From the IMG/VR virus record IMGVR_UViG_3300025706_000001, positions 1-64,000 of that record: a stretch of 64,000 bases of DNA; one strand, given 5' to 3'. The translations under genes and the position numbers were made by a program. Source of the DNA: a virus (lineage: Duplodnaviria > Caudoviricetes). Each line of letters opens with the position of its first letter. Positions within the stretch are counted from its first letter, which is position 1. Under the pieces are notes generated by a model. That model had not been told where the DNA came from, searched no databases, and saw nothing but the letters and a program-made list of their open reading frames with translations. This document shows, piece after piece, positions 27,145 to 37,067 of this stretch.

Positions 27145-27644
27145 GGGACATTCGGAAACGGGGTGTCGGGAACGTCTTTGTCAAGGAATTTGCACAATGG
27201 ACCCCATCCATCGCCGTCGCAGATTCGCAAGATCAAAAGGTCGTCTGCCGGGACGGTGTTCAGGATGCTTGCGGCGTGCTTGCGGAACATGGCGGTCCAG
27301 CGACGGCGATTGGGGCATCCGCAACTCCAAAGGGTCATATTGGACTCTCGTGTTCCGCCGCCATGCCGTGCTTGATGTGCGGAAAGTGAATCAAACCAGC
27401 GATCGGCATCTCGGGTAGTGAGAATCAACTTGCAATGGTGCTGCTGATAGATTTCCCGCCAGAAAAACCAGAACGGCTCGAACACACATTCGATCTCACC
27501 GAAAATGTCCCAGTTGTCGGGCGGGTTGTAGAAGTCGATCAGCGATTGCGCAGAATGGACAGAGTTGTAGCCAAGCGTCTCTAGTGCGACGTGAAGCGAG
27601 CTAGTCCCCGTCCGGTTCATTCCGCAGCAGAGGATTTTGAGCAT
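27141..27644 (-). CDS. sulfotransferase-family protein
   Basis: CGMNRTGTSSLHVALETLGY, ILTTRDADRWFDS, GWGPLCKFL..PFPN. Confidence 0.85.
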   Translation of the reverse strand: MLKILCCGMNRTGTSSLHVALETLGYNSVHSAQSLIDFYNPPDNWDIFGEIECVFEPFWFFWREIYQQHHCKLILTTRDADRWFDSLSAHQARHGGGTRESNMTLWSCGCPNRRRWTAMFRKHAASILNTVPADDLLILRICDGDGWGPLCKFLDKDVPDTPFPNVP

Positions 27645-29011
27645 TAGTCTGATTCGTAGCAAGGAAGCATTGGTTCTTCTTGGACTTTTGGTTCGATCGT
27701 CTGGTCTGTCAAGCACTTTGGACAAGTCAGTCCATTTCTGGCATTTGCTTCTTCGCAGGCAGACGATCCGCCGTGCTGAAAGCATAGCATTGGGTGCGGC
27801 TCTTCGCTTGGCAGAAGTTCTTCTTGATCTACTGGTTCTTCCACTTGGTCGGCCGCGTCTTGAAGAGCCTGCATGTCGCGGCAGGTTGGCAGGGCGTTCT
27901 GAACTGGCGAAAGTTCTTTCTGAACTTTTGGCATGACCGAAGCCTCGTCAAACCATGTCCTGTCGGCTGAAGTGCCGTAGGCTGTCTCACAGGGCAGGCC
28001 AAGGACCTCGCGCCACTGCTCCCAAACGAGGTCTGGGTTGGAAATTTCGGTCTCCAGCCGTCGCCGGGCCTGGGTGGCAATCGTCATGCGCAGGTCTTCG
28101 TCCCTGGACAGCTTGGCAGCTTGTCGCCCGATGTCCTGTGGTGAGTTTCCGAGCATTCCCGTGACTTCGTGTTCGAGCATTTCAGTCCAGCCGCCACGGT
28201 TCTCGGCGCATGTCGGCACCCCGTAGGCCATGCACTCCAATCCGGTGCGGGGCCAGTTCTCCATATCCATGTCGTTGCAGGTGACGTGGGCGTGAAGCTG
28301 CGGCCAGAATGATTCAATTGGAACTGCGCCGGGAGGGGAAGCCTTGGCCCAGGATGGGGCGAGGCCAATCTGTCTTGTGGTTTCCTGTGTAACCCCAAGC
28401 AGAATGGCCTGTCGGTCGGGAACTTCCTCGTACATCTTCCACCAATGTTTGCTCCACTTGGAAGCTCTGCCGCGAGAAGCTCTGCCGATGTTAAACGGCT
28501 CACCCTTCGCGTGCGAACGAGGGGCGAACTTGATCTTCTCCCAGTCGATATATCCTCGCACGAGATGAAACTTGTCGAGTCCGTATCGTTGGACTTGAGG
28601 AAGAAGAACGGACTTCTGGTACTCGGACTGAAAGATGATATCGCTGATCAGTCGCTCTCTGAGAGCACCGGTCACCGTTTGCCGAAGGAAGCACATGAGC
28701 GGGGCCACGATGAACCGACAGCCCATCTTGGCAAGCTGCCGCTTAGCCATGAAGGCGTTGTCGTTACAGAATGTGATGACCGTGGAACCAGCGAATCCTT
28801 GGATCGTGTGAAGCAGCCTGGGGCCGGGAAGGTAAACACTGCAGCCCATGCCTTCCAACTGGTCGGTAATTTGCTTGCCGGGGCCGTTCCAGGTGGGGAT
28901 CACGCCCACGTCGAGGCCATGTTTTAGCCACAGAGACACCGCGCCAAGCATTTCGCCGTTGGCACCGCCAACCTTGCCTGGGGATGGACATCCCAGAACG
29001 AAAACCTTCAT
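27644..29011 (-). CDS. GT-B (GT4-like) glycosyltransferase
   Basis: ENWPRTGLECMAYGVP..GGWTEMLEHEVTGML. Confidence 0.85.
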   Translation of the reverse strand: MKVFVLGCPSPGKVGGANGEMLGAVSLWLKHGLDVGVIPTWNGPGKQITDQLEGMGCSVYLPGPRLLHTIQGFAGSTVITFCNDNAFMAKRQLAKMGCRFIVAPLMCFLRQTVTGALRERLISDIIFQSEYQKSVLLPQVQRYGLDKFHLVRGYIDWEKIKFAPRSHAKGEPFNIGRASRGRASKWSKHWWKMYEEVPDRQAILLGVTQETTRQIGLAPSWAKASPPGAVPIESFWPQLHAHVTCNDMDMENWPRTGLECMAYGVPTCAENRGGWTEMLEHEVTGMLGNSPQDIGRQAAKLSRDEDLRMTIATQARRRLETEISNPDLVWEQWREVLGLPCETAYGTSADRTWFDEASVMPKVQKELSPVQNALPTCRDMQALQDAADQVEEPVDQEELLPSEEPHPMLCFQHGGSSACEEANARNGLTCPKCLTDQTIEPKVQEEPMLPCYESD

Positions 29012-29190
29012 GTCGGCTCCTTTGACTTGTGGACGATGCGGTACTCCGTGGACGGGTCGTTCTTATGGGCCTCAATGTACAAATCAATTGCCCGCCGTAC
29101 AAGCTCAGCCACGGGCGCACCTGTCCGCTTTGATTCTGCTGATAGTTTGGCCCTGCGGTCTTCGTCGAGACAAATGCTTGTTCGGATCAT
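29008..29190 (-). CDS. ribbon-helix-helix (CopG-like) DNA-binding protein
   Basis: MIRTSICLDE..KLSAESKRTGAPVAELVRRAIDLY. Confidence 0.8.
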   Translation of the reverse strand: MIRTSICLDEDRRAKLSAESKRTGAPVAELVRRAIDLYIEAHKNDPSTEYRIVHKSKEPT

Positions 29191-29273
29191 GTACTCACCA
29201 TTGGGCCAACCTGAACTTTTGGCACGAATCACATGCGCCAGTGCATGATTATGGCAAAGTGCATCAACTGGCG

Positions 29274-29747
29274 TCAACCGCAATTTCTGCAGTTTTTCCC
29301 TGGCGTTCCCTTGAAGCGTTTTCCGGTTGGCCAAAGGCTCTGCGGGCAGGAGGCCGATTCCGGGCCACTGCACGTCACGGGCAGGCCCTTGGCGTCGATC
29401 CTTGGGCAGTTAGAGCAAATCGCCGCCAGTGCGTTCTGAAGCGATTCTGAACGCACTGGCGGGCTAGGGTTTGGCGGTGGCTCCTGACGGACAAGAAGAT
29501 CTGTTAATTCAGGAGGAGCGTCTGGTCGATGATGGCACAGGACGCAGACGGGCAGCTTGAGTGATGGGATCTCGTCGGTCGAGCCATCGTTCAGGCGGAC
29601 TCGTTTGCGTTTGATGGGGGTGGCGTGGATGGTGACGTAGCCGGAGATCTGGGGCAGGTCGCACCAATGGACGGGCTTGGTGACGCCTGCGCAGCCGCAA
29701 TAGATGGTGCCGATTGGTTCAGGTGATCGGTGGTGACATTTGCACAT
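29274..29747 (-). CDS. Cys-rich hypothetical protein
   Basis: CKCHHR..CGC..HWC; C-terminal CRNCG. Confidence 0.55.
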   Translation of the reverse strand: MCKCHHRSPEPIGTIYCGCAGVTKPVHWCDLPQISGYVTIHATPIKRKRVRLNDGSTDEIPSLKLPVCVLCHHRPDAPPELTDLLVRQEPPPNPSPPVRSESLQNALAAICSNCPRIDAKGLPVTCSGPESASCPQSLWPTGKRFKGTPGKNCRNCG

Positions 29748-29792
29748 TTTGCGCCGATGTTGCGGACAATTAAGTGAGCGGAGACCTGCAGG

Positions 29793-30290
29793 TCAGGATG
29801 GTGCGGTGATGTGGTACAGCAACACGGCCCGCGCCGGCTTGCCGACGATCCGTTGTAGCGTCGGCTTCCTGTGCGTCCACGCCACCAGTTTTTCGCCGTC
29901 AACAGGGTCTTGCCGGTGACCCGGCTCGTTGCCTGCCGGCCACATCCACGGGACGGAGACAATCACCGCGTGCCGCGCAGCCGCGAATAGTGCCGCGCAG
30001 AACGGCTTCGGCTCGTCCAGGTGCTCCAAGACCTGCAGGCACGTCACCACGTCACAGAGCGGCAGCAGGGCCGCGCAATCGGGCCAGGAGCCGACGATCT
30101 GCCGGACGCTGGACAGCGCCGGCCGCTCGCGGTGGTCAACTGTGTACCGCTGGTCGAAATCTCCCCAGGTTGCGACGGGTGTGTCCCAGGAGCCGATGTC
30201 AGCCAACGAGCCGAGCGGGCCGAGACTCTCCAGCAGTGAGCGGACAACGGCATAGTATTCGAGCCCAGCGCGCGGCTTCCAGTAGCTCAT
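29793..30290 (-). CDS. methyltransferase-like protein
   Basis: LADIGS, CDVVTCLQVLEHL, IVSVPWMW. Confidence 0.75.
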   Translation of the reverse strand: MSYWKPRAGLEYYAVVRSLLESLGPLGSLADIGSWDTPVATWGDFDQRYTVDHRERPALSSVRQIVGSWPDCAALLPLCDVVTCLQVLEHLDEPKPFCAALFAAARHAVIVSVPWMWPAGNEPGHRQDPVDGEKLVAWTHRKPTLQRIVGKPARAVLLYHITAPS

Positions 30291-31621
30291 TCGTCTTCCT
30301 TCCGTCCAAGCATGTACTCTCGGACTCCGTCACGCAACGATTTCGGTGCCGCTGCCGACCATCGCAATGTTCCGTTTTCGGCGTACTCCAGATGTAGTTG
30401 TGGATCGTAGCCGACTTCGCCAAGAATCTCATTGCGTCGCGAATACTGACGATGTTTCAAGGTTCCGTGGTACAGATGGACGCCACGGGCCTGCACGTAG
30501 CCGACGCCTGTGATTTGCGGCTTTGCCGCCGCCGCCCAGCGACGAACGTCCGCAACTAATGCTTGAGACCATTGCTTGGTGTAGTTGGGTCGCAGGTCTC
30601 CCCACATACCACAGCACCACGCAACATCACCCCCGCCCGTAATTACGCGGTCGTAGATGCCGCCAATGTTGGCCAACAACTCACGTCTCGCCGCCCAAGC
30701 GAGTCCGGGATAGCCTTCCTTTGGTTCGGCTACGGAGGTTTTGTTCTTTGCGTTGATGTATCCTATCGAGCTTCGCCAATCAGTCTGCCATCCTCCGTCC
30801 CGCGAGATGTAGCGCAGTTCCTGAAACGCTTGTACGACAGGACTTTTCTCTAGCGATTGCGACAATCTGTCAACATAGTCATGGTTCAGCATCAATACGT
30901 CAGAATCAATCCACACGACGTGGTCGAACCGATCCGGCAGCCGCGCGATGGCAAGGTTGATCAGGTTCTCTTTCGCGAACAGACACGCCTCCGGGTCAAT
31001 GTCGTATCGCCACGCTCCCGGTATTTCCCACCGGTCGTCAAGGCTTCCTTCCGCCGCAAACATGACAAGCCCGATGCGAGGGAACTGGCGAGCGAACTGC
31101 TCGTAACACCGGATGCGCGACTGCGACCGCTGCGGGTTGTAATGGCACGACACGGCGGCGATATTGCCGACGATCGGGTGATACGGCAGCGCAGAAAAGT
31201 GTTTGTCGGTGTCGAACCGGTCGTTCTTTGGTTGCGACTTAACCGGCTCTCTTGGCACCTCGCACTCTCGGCACGTCCGGCCCGTGTAACCGGGCACCTT
31301 GGCCTTGATCTTGTCCAGGCATCGTGAGGCGGCTTGCTTCAGGACTGGCTCGTTGTTGAATCGTCGGCACTGATAAACCTTGACCTCAGACGATGAACAG
31401 CCATAGCCAGCTATATTACCATTGACGGTTGCCAATGTGATGCCACGGTGGGAGCAAACTAGATAGGCGGACAACTGCGGTTCGTTTGCCGCCTGCGAGA
31501 GCCGACATCGCCGATGTGGTTCAGCGGCGGCAGCTTTCGTAATAAATCCGCATGCCGTACATCGCCATGTCCATGTCGTGCCGTCTACGGCACCGTATTT
31601 AACGAAGGTACACTGTTTCAT
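30287..31621 (-). CDS. Cys-rich N-terminal domain fused to a GT-A-like glycosyltransferase domain
   Basis: FAKENLINLA, VVWIDSDVLM (DxD), PGLAWAARR, ITGGGD, HLYHG. Confidence 0.7.
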   Translation of the reverse strand: MKQCTFVKYGAVDGTTWTWRCTACGFITKAAAAEPHRRCRLSQAANEPQLSAYLVCSHRGITLATVNGNIAGYGCSSSEVKVYQCRRFNNEPVLKQAASRCLDKIKAKVPGYTGRTCRECEVPREPVKSQPKNDRFDTDKHFSALPYHPIVGNIAAVSCHYNPQRSQSRIRCYEQFARQFPRIGLVMFAAEGSLDDRWEIPGAWRYDIDPEACLFAKENLINLAIARLPDRFDHVVWIDSDVLMLNHDYVDRLSQSLEKSPVVQAFQELRYISRDGGWQTDWRSSIGYINAKNKTSVAEPKEGYPGLAWAARRELLANIGGIYDRVITGGGDVAWCCGMWGDLRPNYTKQWSQALVADVRRWAAAAKPQITGVGYVQARGVHLYHGTLKHRQYSRRNEILGEVGYDPQLHLEYAENGTLRWSAAAPKSLRDGVREYMLGRKEDE

Positions 31622-31631
31622 CTTGCTGTGG

Positions 31632-33068
31632 TCAGAAATCTACTATTGCTGCAGATCCGTCATACGTGCAAAAAGCGTCGCCTGAATAGATACCTAATCC
31701 GGCTATCGTGCAAGCGCCAACGTAAGGCACGGTGTATGAATCTTCTAATTCATTGCAAAACACTCCTGCGTATACTTCAACGCCACCGAAAGTCCCAGTG
31801 TAAACTCCTATATTTGTCGGCGATGTCCAATATGGTTCATTGAGGACGCCTAGTTCTCGCGAGATACACCACTGTGATCCACCGGTGTCGTAGAATAGAT
31901 AGAAAGGATCTGTTCCCCAGTACCATGTGTTATGATTTGGATAAAGTTCATAGTAGTCTTGTCCATTAAATGTTCCTGCCCGATCGCCTATGTCGTCGCC
32001 AACAAAGAAGTCTGCTGCGACACGCTTTGGATGTTGAGTAAGTTCGAGGCTCCATAGATGGGTTACCGAAAAACTGATTCCATCACCGTACTGCAGCAGT
32101 ACGATTAAATGCACGTTCGGGTCAAGAACATGCAATGGAAATCCTGGGCACTGCTGAAAAATCTGTGTATATCCAGCTTGTAAATACACCGTAACAGTCA
32201 CAGCGAAAGTGCTGATGCCAATGCTGAATCTAAACGTCTCGCTAATATCGCATGGTGAACATCCAGAAATATAGTACAAACCACCAATGCGAGAGCATAG
32301 CGTGCCAGAGCCGAAGCTGCCAGTTTGAACAGTAGCCGATGCTGGAGTGCGACCTTCCAGCTTGCATGTCTCACATAACGGTGTCTCACATGTAAAGCAG
32401 TATTTTCTTGCAGGGATATCATAATAGTAATCGTCAGTGGAGCAGTCAGTTGTGTAAGGAGGAGGTCCGCAATACCACAGTCTCCAATATCTAAATCGCC
32501 TGACAAACATATTAGAGACGTGATCTGGACCAGTCCCAAAGGCGGCATAACTGCCAATGGGCAATGAGTTGTTATACACGGCGCACGCTGAGCACCTTGC
32601 TGTTCCAGTCGCGGCGTCGGCAAGCTCGCCTTTGGCAACTCCAGTGTCTGGGTCGTAGCAAACAGTTAGTCGATACCATTCGTCAACGACAACGCCGCTA
32701 CAAGTAACGGTTTCGCATAGCTCGGAATCATCTGACAAGTCGATGATATCAAGACTTGCTGTTCCTGCTTCAATAGTAACTTGAATACATATTGAACCAC
32801 CAAGAATAACTCGTACCTGTCCGCCAATTGCATCAGCTAGAAAATCAATCTGAACTCGCGGAGGATATGGCGATTGCGGATGAGGTGTATTGGCTGTCGC
32901 AGTCTGGCTGACGGCTGAGATTTCAATTCCACCGGGAGAGGCCGCGTAGTTGAAGTTAGCTGCTTCGTCGAGAGTGAAGTTGGTGGTTAGGTCCGCCAGA
33001 CTCATCAGGTTACTGGACTGAATTAAACAACAGCATGGGCACCCAGGATTTCCTTTCTTGCGGGCCAT
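31632..33068 (-). CDS. putative tail tip/fibre-associated Cys-rich protein
   Basis: follows the tail genes; NPGCPCCC start; beta-rich; more AT-rich than its neighbours. Confidence 0.6.
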   Translation of the reverse strand: MARKKGNPGCPCCCLIQSSNLMSLADLTTNFTLDEAANFNYAASPGGIEISAVSQTATANTPHPQSPYPPRVQIDFLADAIGGQVRVILGGSICIQVTIEAGTASLDIIDLSDDSELCETVTCSGVVVDEWYRLTVCYDPDTGVAKGELADAATGTARCSACAVYNNSLPIGSYAAFGTGPDHVSNMFVRRFRYWRLWYCGPPPYTTDCSTDDYYYDIPARKYCFTCETPLCETCKLEGRTPASATVQTGSFGSGTLCSRIGGLYYISGCSPCDISETFRFSIGISTFAVTVTVYLQAGYTQIFQQCPGFPLHVLDPNVHLIVLLQYGDGISFSVTHLWSLELTQHPKRVAADFFVGDDIGDRAGTFNGQDYYELYPNHNTWYWGTDPFYLFYDTGGSQWCISRELGVLNEPYWTSPTNIGVYTGTFGGVEVYAGVFCNELEDSYTVPYVGACTIAGLGIYSGDAFCTYDGSAAIVDF

Positions 33069-34813
33069 TAGCCTGTGCCTCCCGTGTCGCAGCACTCGAC
33101 AATGACGCGTCTAGCGCAACACTGGAACGGCCCGGTGTCGATGTACACTTCTTCGGCCACGTCGCCGCAGATTGGCTGGTACACCATGACCATGTAGTCG
33201 TTGCCGCTATGCACAGAGTCGATGGCCGTGATCTTTTCTCGCGTTAATGTTCCACAGGCTATATCTCCTGCGACTCGATAGGCAGTGCAAAGTTCGCCGT
33301 AGATTGTGTCGCCGTCTGGTCCGGCGATCCCGCCTTCCGGGGTTTTGCAAATTAGGTGCCCAGGTAGTTCCAGGGCGTTCGTGCTATGCAGCTGACAGTC
33401 TACGCCAACATTAAGAGGCAGGCTCTGGATTCGTGAAGTGATGTCTCGTCGGTAGTTCTGGCGGAAGACGACTTCACTGGTCGTGGATTTGTCGCTTGGT
33501 GCCGCGACTACGCCAGTCTGCCCGTCTTCATGCTCGATGCCGAACTTGTGGATGATGCAGTCGTCGTAGCCACAGGGGTCCCAGGCCGTGGGGCCGACCG
33601 TCGTGAAGTCGTACTGTCGCCTGTGGTAGTTGAACCAGTCGCTGGCGATTTGATTGGCCAGGGTGACCAGTTCGGCGTTGTTCATTGGATAAGAGTCGCC
33701 GCAGACTCCCATGTCGGCCCAACCGCGAATGTGGATTGTCTTCGAGGTTGCCGCAACTGGACAGTTGACCGTCGTGTCCAGGTATTCAGTAATGGCGTGG
33801 TCGATGACGTGGTACGATTCGTGGCAGTCTTCTTCGGTTAAGTCATCCCCCTTGTCACATTGGCCGCAGAGCATTCCGAAGCGGGATTTAGGAAAGGCGA
33901 CATTGACGTAGGTAGGCATGGCGTGCGTCCATGCCTCAGTGCATTCTGTGCCGGCGAGCTGTTCGTGGGCTAGGTTGCCTAAGTTATCCAAGAAGCATTG
34001 TTCAGCGCCGAGGTGGCTTGAAATCTCAAAGCCGTAATCGAGTCCAGCAATGAGGCGGCAGCCAATACTGGCGAGCGCGGCGTCGAGAAGCTGTGCAGCG
34101 TTGTAGTTGGCCCGCATCCATTCGCCTTGGTGTGGACCCGTGCTGTAGCCAGACTGAACTCCGGTGTCCGGCAGTGCCCACGGCAGATTTCCAACACCCA
34201 GTTCGCCTGTCAGGTAGTTGATGAGATCAAGCCAGCTTGTGAGATGTTCGCAGATGTCTGGCGCATCGACGAACTGCCACCAATATCGCTGGTCAACGAG
34301 ATGGAGCAAGTACAGGTCGTAATCATTGGCGTCGGCGGCTACAAGCAGTTTGTCGGGGTCGTAGGTCTCGCCTTCCCGGCATCCTGAGACGCGACGAAAT
34401 GCGAGCGGATACATGGTCCACTCGCTATTTCGATATGGTTTGCCGAGAAGCTCGTTCTCTTGCGGATTGTAGTCGGTGTCCCAGCGAAGTTTGGCACCAC
34501 TGGCGGCCAGGGTGCATGAGTCTATGGCGTTTTTGGCTTGACCGTTACAGAGGAAAAGACCTTCTGCCCAACGAGTGGCACCTGTGCATGGCCAGTAAAG
34601 CTGATTCAGCCGAAGCGGTGGCGGCTTGGGCCAATTAGTAAGTGGCAGACCGATGTTTGTTTCATCCATCGGGTTGCCTTGCCACGTTCGTGACGGCCCG
34701 AACTCGCCATTTAGGATTGCGTCATCAAGTCGCTGGTATCTCTCCAGGAAGCCATTGGCTTCCATGTTGAAGTCGTGCAACAGCGCCTGGTCCGCAAACG
34801 TCAGGGTCGTCAT
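33068..34813 (-). CDS. putative tail/baseplate hub protein
   Basis: 581 aa in the tail module, TAATG-coupled to neighbours. Confidence 0.55.
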   Translation of the reverse strand: MTTLTFADQALLHDFNMEANGFLERYQRLDDAILNGEFGPSRTWQGNPMDETNIGLPLTNWPKPPPLRLNQLYWPCTGATRWAEGLFLCNGQAKNAIDSCTLAASGAKLRWDTDYNPQENELLGKPYRNSEWTMYPLAFRRVSGCREGETYDPDKLLVAADANDYDLYLLHLVDQRYWWQFVDAPDICEHLTSWLDLINYLTGELGVGNLPWALPDTGVQSGYSTGPHQGEWMRANYNAAQLLDAALASIGCRLIAGLDYGFEISSHLGAEQCFLDNLGNLAHEQLAGTECTEAWTHAMPTYVNVAFPKSRFGMLCGQCDKGDDLTEEDCHESYHVIDHAITEYLDTTVNCPVAATSKTIHIRGWADMGVCGDSYPMNNAELVTLANQIASDWFNYHRRQYDFTTVGPTAWDPCGYDDCIIHKFGIEHEDGQTGVVAAPSDKSTTSEVVFRQNYRRDITSRIQSLPLNVGVDCQLHSTNALELPGHLICKTPEGGIAGPDGDTIYGELCTAYRVAGDIACGTLTREKITAIDSVHSGNDYMVMVYQPICGDVAEEVYIDTGPFQCCARRVIVECCDTGGTG

Positions 34814-35364
34814 TAGGTGAAACTCAATTCTTGATCGAAGCTGAATGAAAGGCTTAGGCTCATTCCGAGATATTGGTGGTCGTCACGCCGGACGTACCTG
34901 GGTGCTGACCAGCCACGGGGAATGAATCCTCGTTCAACCAGGAAGTGGCCGTCAGCCCCACTGGGAGCAAACTGGTCGGCGTATCCTTCACAGGATTGCG
35001 TGTCAGAAAGCAGTAAGGCGCTGAGGATCGGTCGTTTGAACACCAGTAGTCCACGGGCGGTGTGCATCAGTGCTTCACGAGCTTTGGGCGGCGGGTCCAA
35101 GACGACACGGTTCAGTACCGTGATGATGACTGTTGACTGCTCGCAAAGAGCATTTGGGCCGGCTCCCATGTATGTTGCTTCGTCGTACTGTGAGTCCCCA
35201 AGGCAGATCGTGACGATGGGCGACTGAGAGGGCAAAACGTCGGGAACAGGGGTGTCACAGATGAAGCAGTTGGCGGCCGAAAGCTCAGTCACCTTGGTGA
35301 TCAGGCGGTGCTCGACATGGGACAGGACGAATTCTTCTGCGCCGTAAAGGGACTTTTCAGACAC
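34813..35364 (-). CDS. putative tail completion/terminator protein
   Basis: 183 aa; size and position in the tail module. Confidence 0.5.
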   Translation of the reverse strand: MSEKSLYGAEEFVLSHVEHRLITKVTELSAANCFICDTPVPDVLPSQSPIVTICLGDSQYDEATYMGAGPNALCEQSTVIITVLNRVVLDPPPKAREALMHTARGLLVFKRPILSALLLSDTQSCEGYADQFAPSGADGHFLVERGFIPRGWSAPRYVRRDDHQYLGMSLSLSFSFDQELSFT

Positions 35365-35398
35365 TTCATCACCTTCAGTTGTTCTTTCTGACCTTTTG

Positions 35399-37057
35399 CT
35401 AGGCTATCAAGCTGTCGTCGAGCGTTGGAACGGCTGCCGTCGGGATCAGAAGATCCTTTGATCGCAGGTCAAGTAGGCGGTTTAGCCATTCGTGCAAAAG
35501 ACCCTGGCGTCCGTTACTCACGGCAATCGTCACCTCGTCCTCCAGCTCGAACTCAAGTGGCCCACAGAAGCACGCCAAGTAAGGTCCGCCGACGTACAGC
35601 CGCGTGGCCGCAATCATGCACAATTCGTCCAGGAATAACGACGTTCCGGTGCTCAAGGCCGTGGTGAGCGACACCCGCAGGTACACGGCGCGGGGTAGGG
35701 TGGTTGGGGTGTGAAAGAAGCCGTTGCAAGCCGTGTGCGAAGCGTCCAGGGTGGTCAGGTCCGTTGTGAACGAATTGGACGTGCCTTGGTCGTCTTCCAC
35801 GTTGTCGCCTGAATCGCCGTCAATCAGGTCCACCTGAAGCACTCCGGCCGCAGGAGTCACGTCAACGCAGGCCCAGAGATTGAAGGCGTAGCAGGTCTTA
35901 GCGGAGAGCGAGACTGGCACCAGCAGGGACGTTAGTTCCGAGCTGTTGCCGGTAATTTTTAGGCACCTCGCGCCTCTGGCTACATAGGCACTTCCAGGGG
36001 TTGGCGTGGCGATGGTGATCGTTGGCGTCCCACCTGTCAGCTTGGACGTGTAGGTCAGCGTAGTTGGGTTGGTAACGCCCACGAAGGTGACGGAATGCGT
36101 CAGGTTTGGGCTGGTCCCTGTGGATGACACGGTGACACTGGCCAGGAACGGGAGGGTTCGCAAGGCCGTCTGCACGGCAGAGGCCGTAGCGTTGTAGGCC
36201 AAGGGCGCGGTTGTGTGGCTTCGGCCGTACTTGTCGGTGAACGTCAACGTGTAGTGCCCGGCCGTTGGCGTGCCGTTAATCGTGACGATCTGGATTTCCA
36301 CGTCCGTCAATTGGATCGTCGTGCCCAGCGTGCCCGTTTCGACAACCCATCCGTATGGCAGGTAGTCGGCGACGGTGCTTTCGGTTTCCATGTCGCCGGT
36401 CGTGATTTTGTTACCGGACGCAGCCGTAGATGTAGTGACCGTGGCGGTCGCCCCCGATCCGCCCGGCCATGTCGGATCAAGCAGCGACTTACTCGGTTCG
36501 CACGTAATCGTCCAGGTTGCCGTGCCGGACGTATTAGCAGAAGTGCATCTAGCACGAATGGTCTCGGCGTAGATGAACTCGTTGACACGCCCATCACCGC
36601 GCTGATCGCAGAACACGAACTTCCCGTTGCCGGTGTTGTCGCCAGAGGTTCCAGAACTACTGCCAACGCCTTCGCCGTAGGTGATCGAGTAGCCAATCGT
36701 GGATGCTTCAACGGACTCGCCGTTTTCGATCATCTGTTCGATCAGTTCTTCCAAGGAAGCGTTGATCGTTTTGGCGATGGACGAGTTGTCTGCGTAGACC
36801 GTTTCGATGATCAGGTTCGTGATCGGGTCGGCGACCAAGGTCGAGAGCACTCCGCCGATGGTTGTCAGTGCGTTGTCGATGGAGTCTTCAAGACTGCCGA
36901 TGACCGCTTGTCGAAAGTCGCGGGCTTCGGTATCGAGTTCGTCCTCGAATGCACGGATGTCGGCGAGCACTTCCGTATCTACGGAAGCAATCAGATCGTC
37001 GGCAGCGTTGATGGCCTTGCCGAGGCGAGTAAACAGGGTGGTGAAGTTTATGGTCAT
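35399..37057 (-). CDS. virion structural protein (Thr-rich, tail-associated)
   Basis: EIQIVTINGTPTAGHYTLTF..TTAPLAYNATASAVQTAL motif seen in phage tail structural proteins. Confidence 0.65.
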   Translation of the reverse strand: MTINFTTLFTRLGKAINAADDLIASVDTEVLADIRAFEDELDTEARDFRQAVIGSLEDSIDNALTTIGGVLSTLVADPITNLIIETVYADNSSIAKTINASLEELIEQMIENGESVEASTIGYSITYGEGVGSSSGTSGDNTGNGKFVFCDQRGDGRVNEFIYAETIRARCTSANTSGTATWTITCEPSKSLLDPTWPGGSGATATVTTSTAASGNKITTGDMETESTVADYLPYGWVVETGTLGTTIQLTDVEIQIVTINGTPTAGHYTLTFTDKYGRSHTTAPLAYNATASAVQTALRTLPFLASVTVSSTGTSPNLTHSVTFVGVTNPTTLTYTSKLTGGTPTITIATPTPGSAYVARGARCLKITGNSSELTSLLVPVSLSAKTCYAFNLWACVDVTPAAGVLQVDLIDGDSGDNVEDDQGTSNSFTTDLTTLDASHTACNGFFHTPTTLPRAVYLRVSLTTALSTGTSLFLDELCMIAATRLYVGGPYLACFCGPLEFELEDEVTIAVSNGRQGLLHEWLNRLLDLRSKDLLIPTAAVPTLDDSLIA

Positions 37058-37067
37058 TGCGTTTTCC

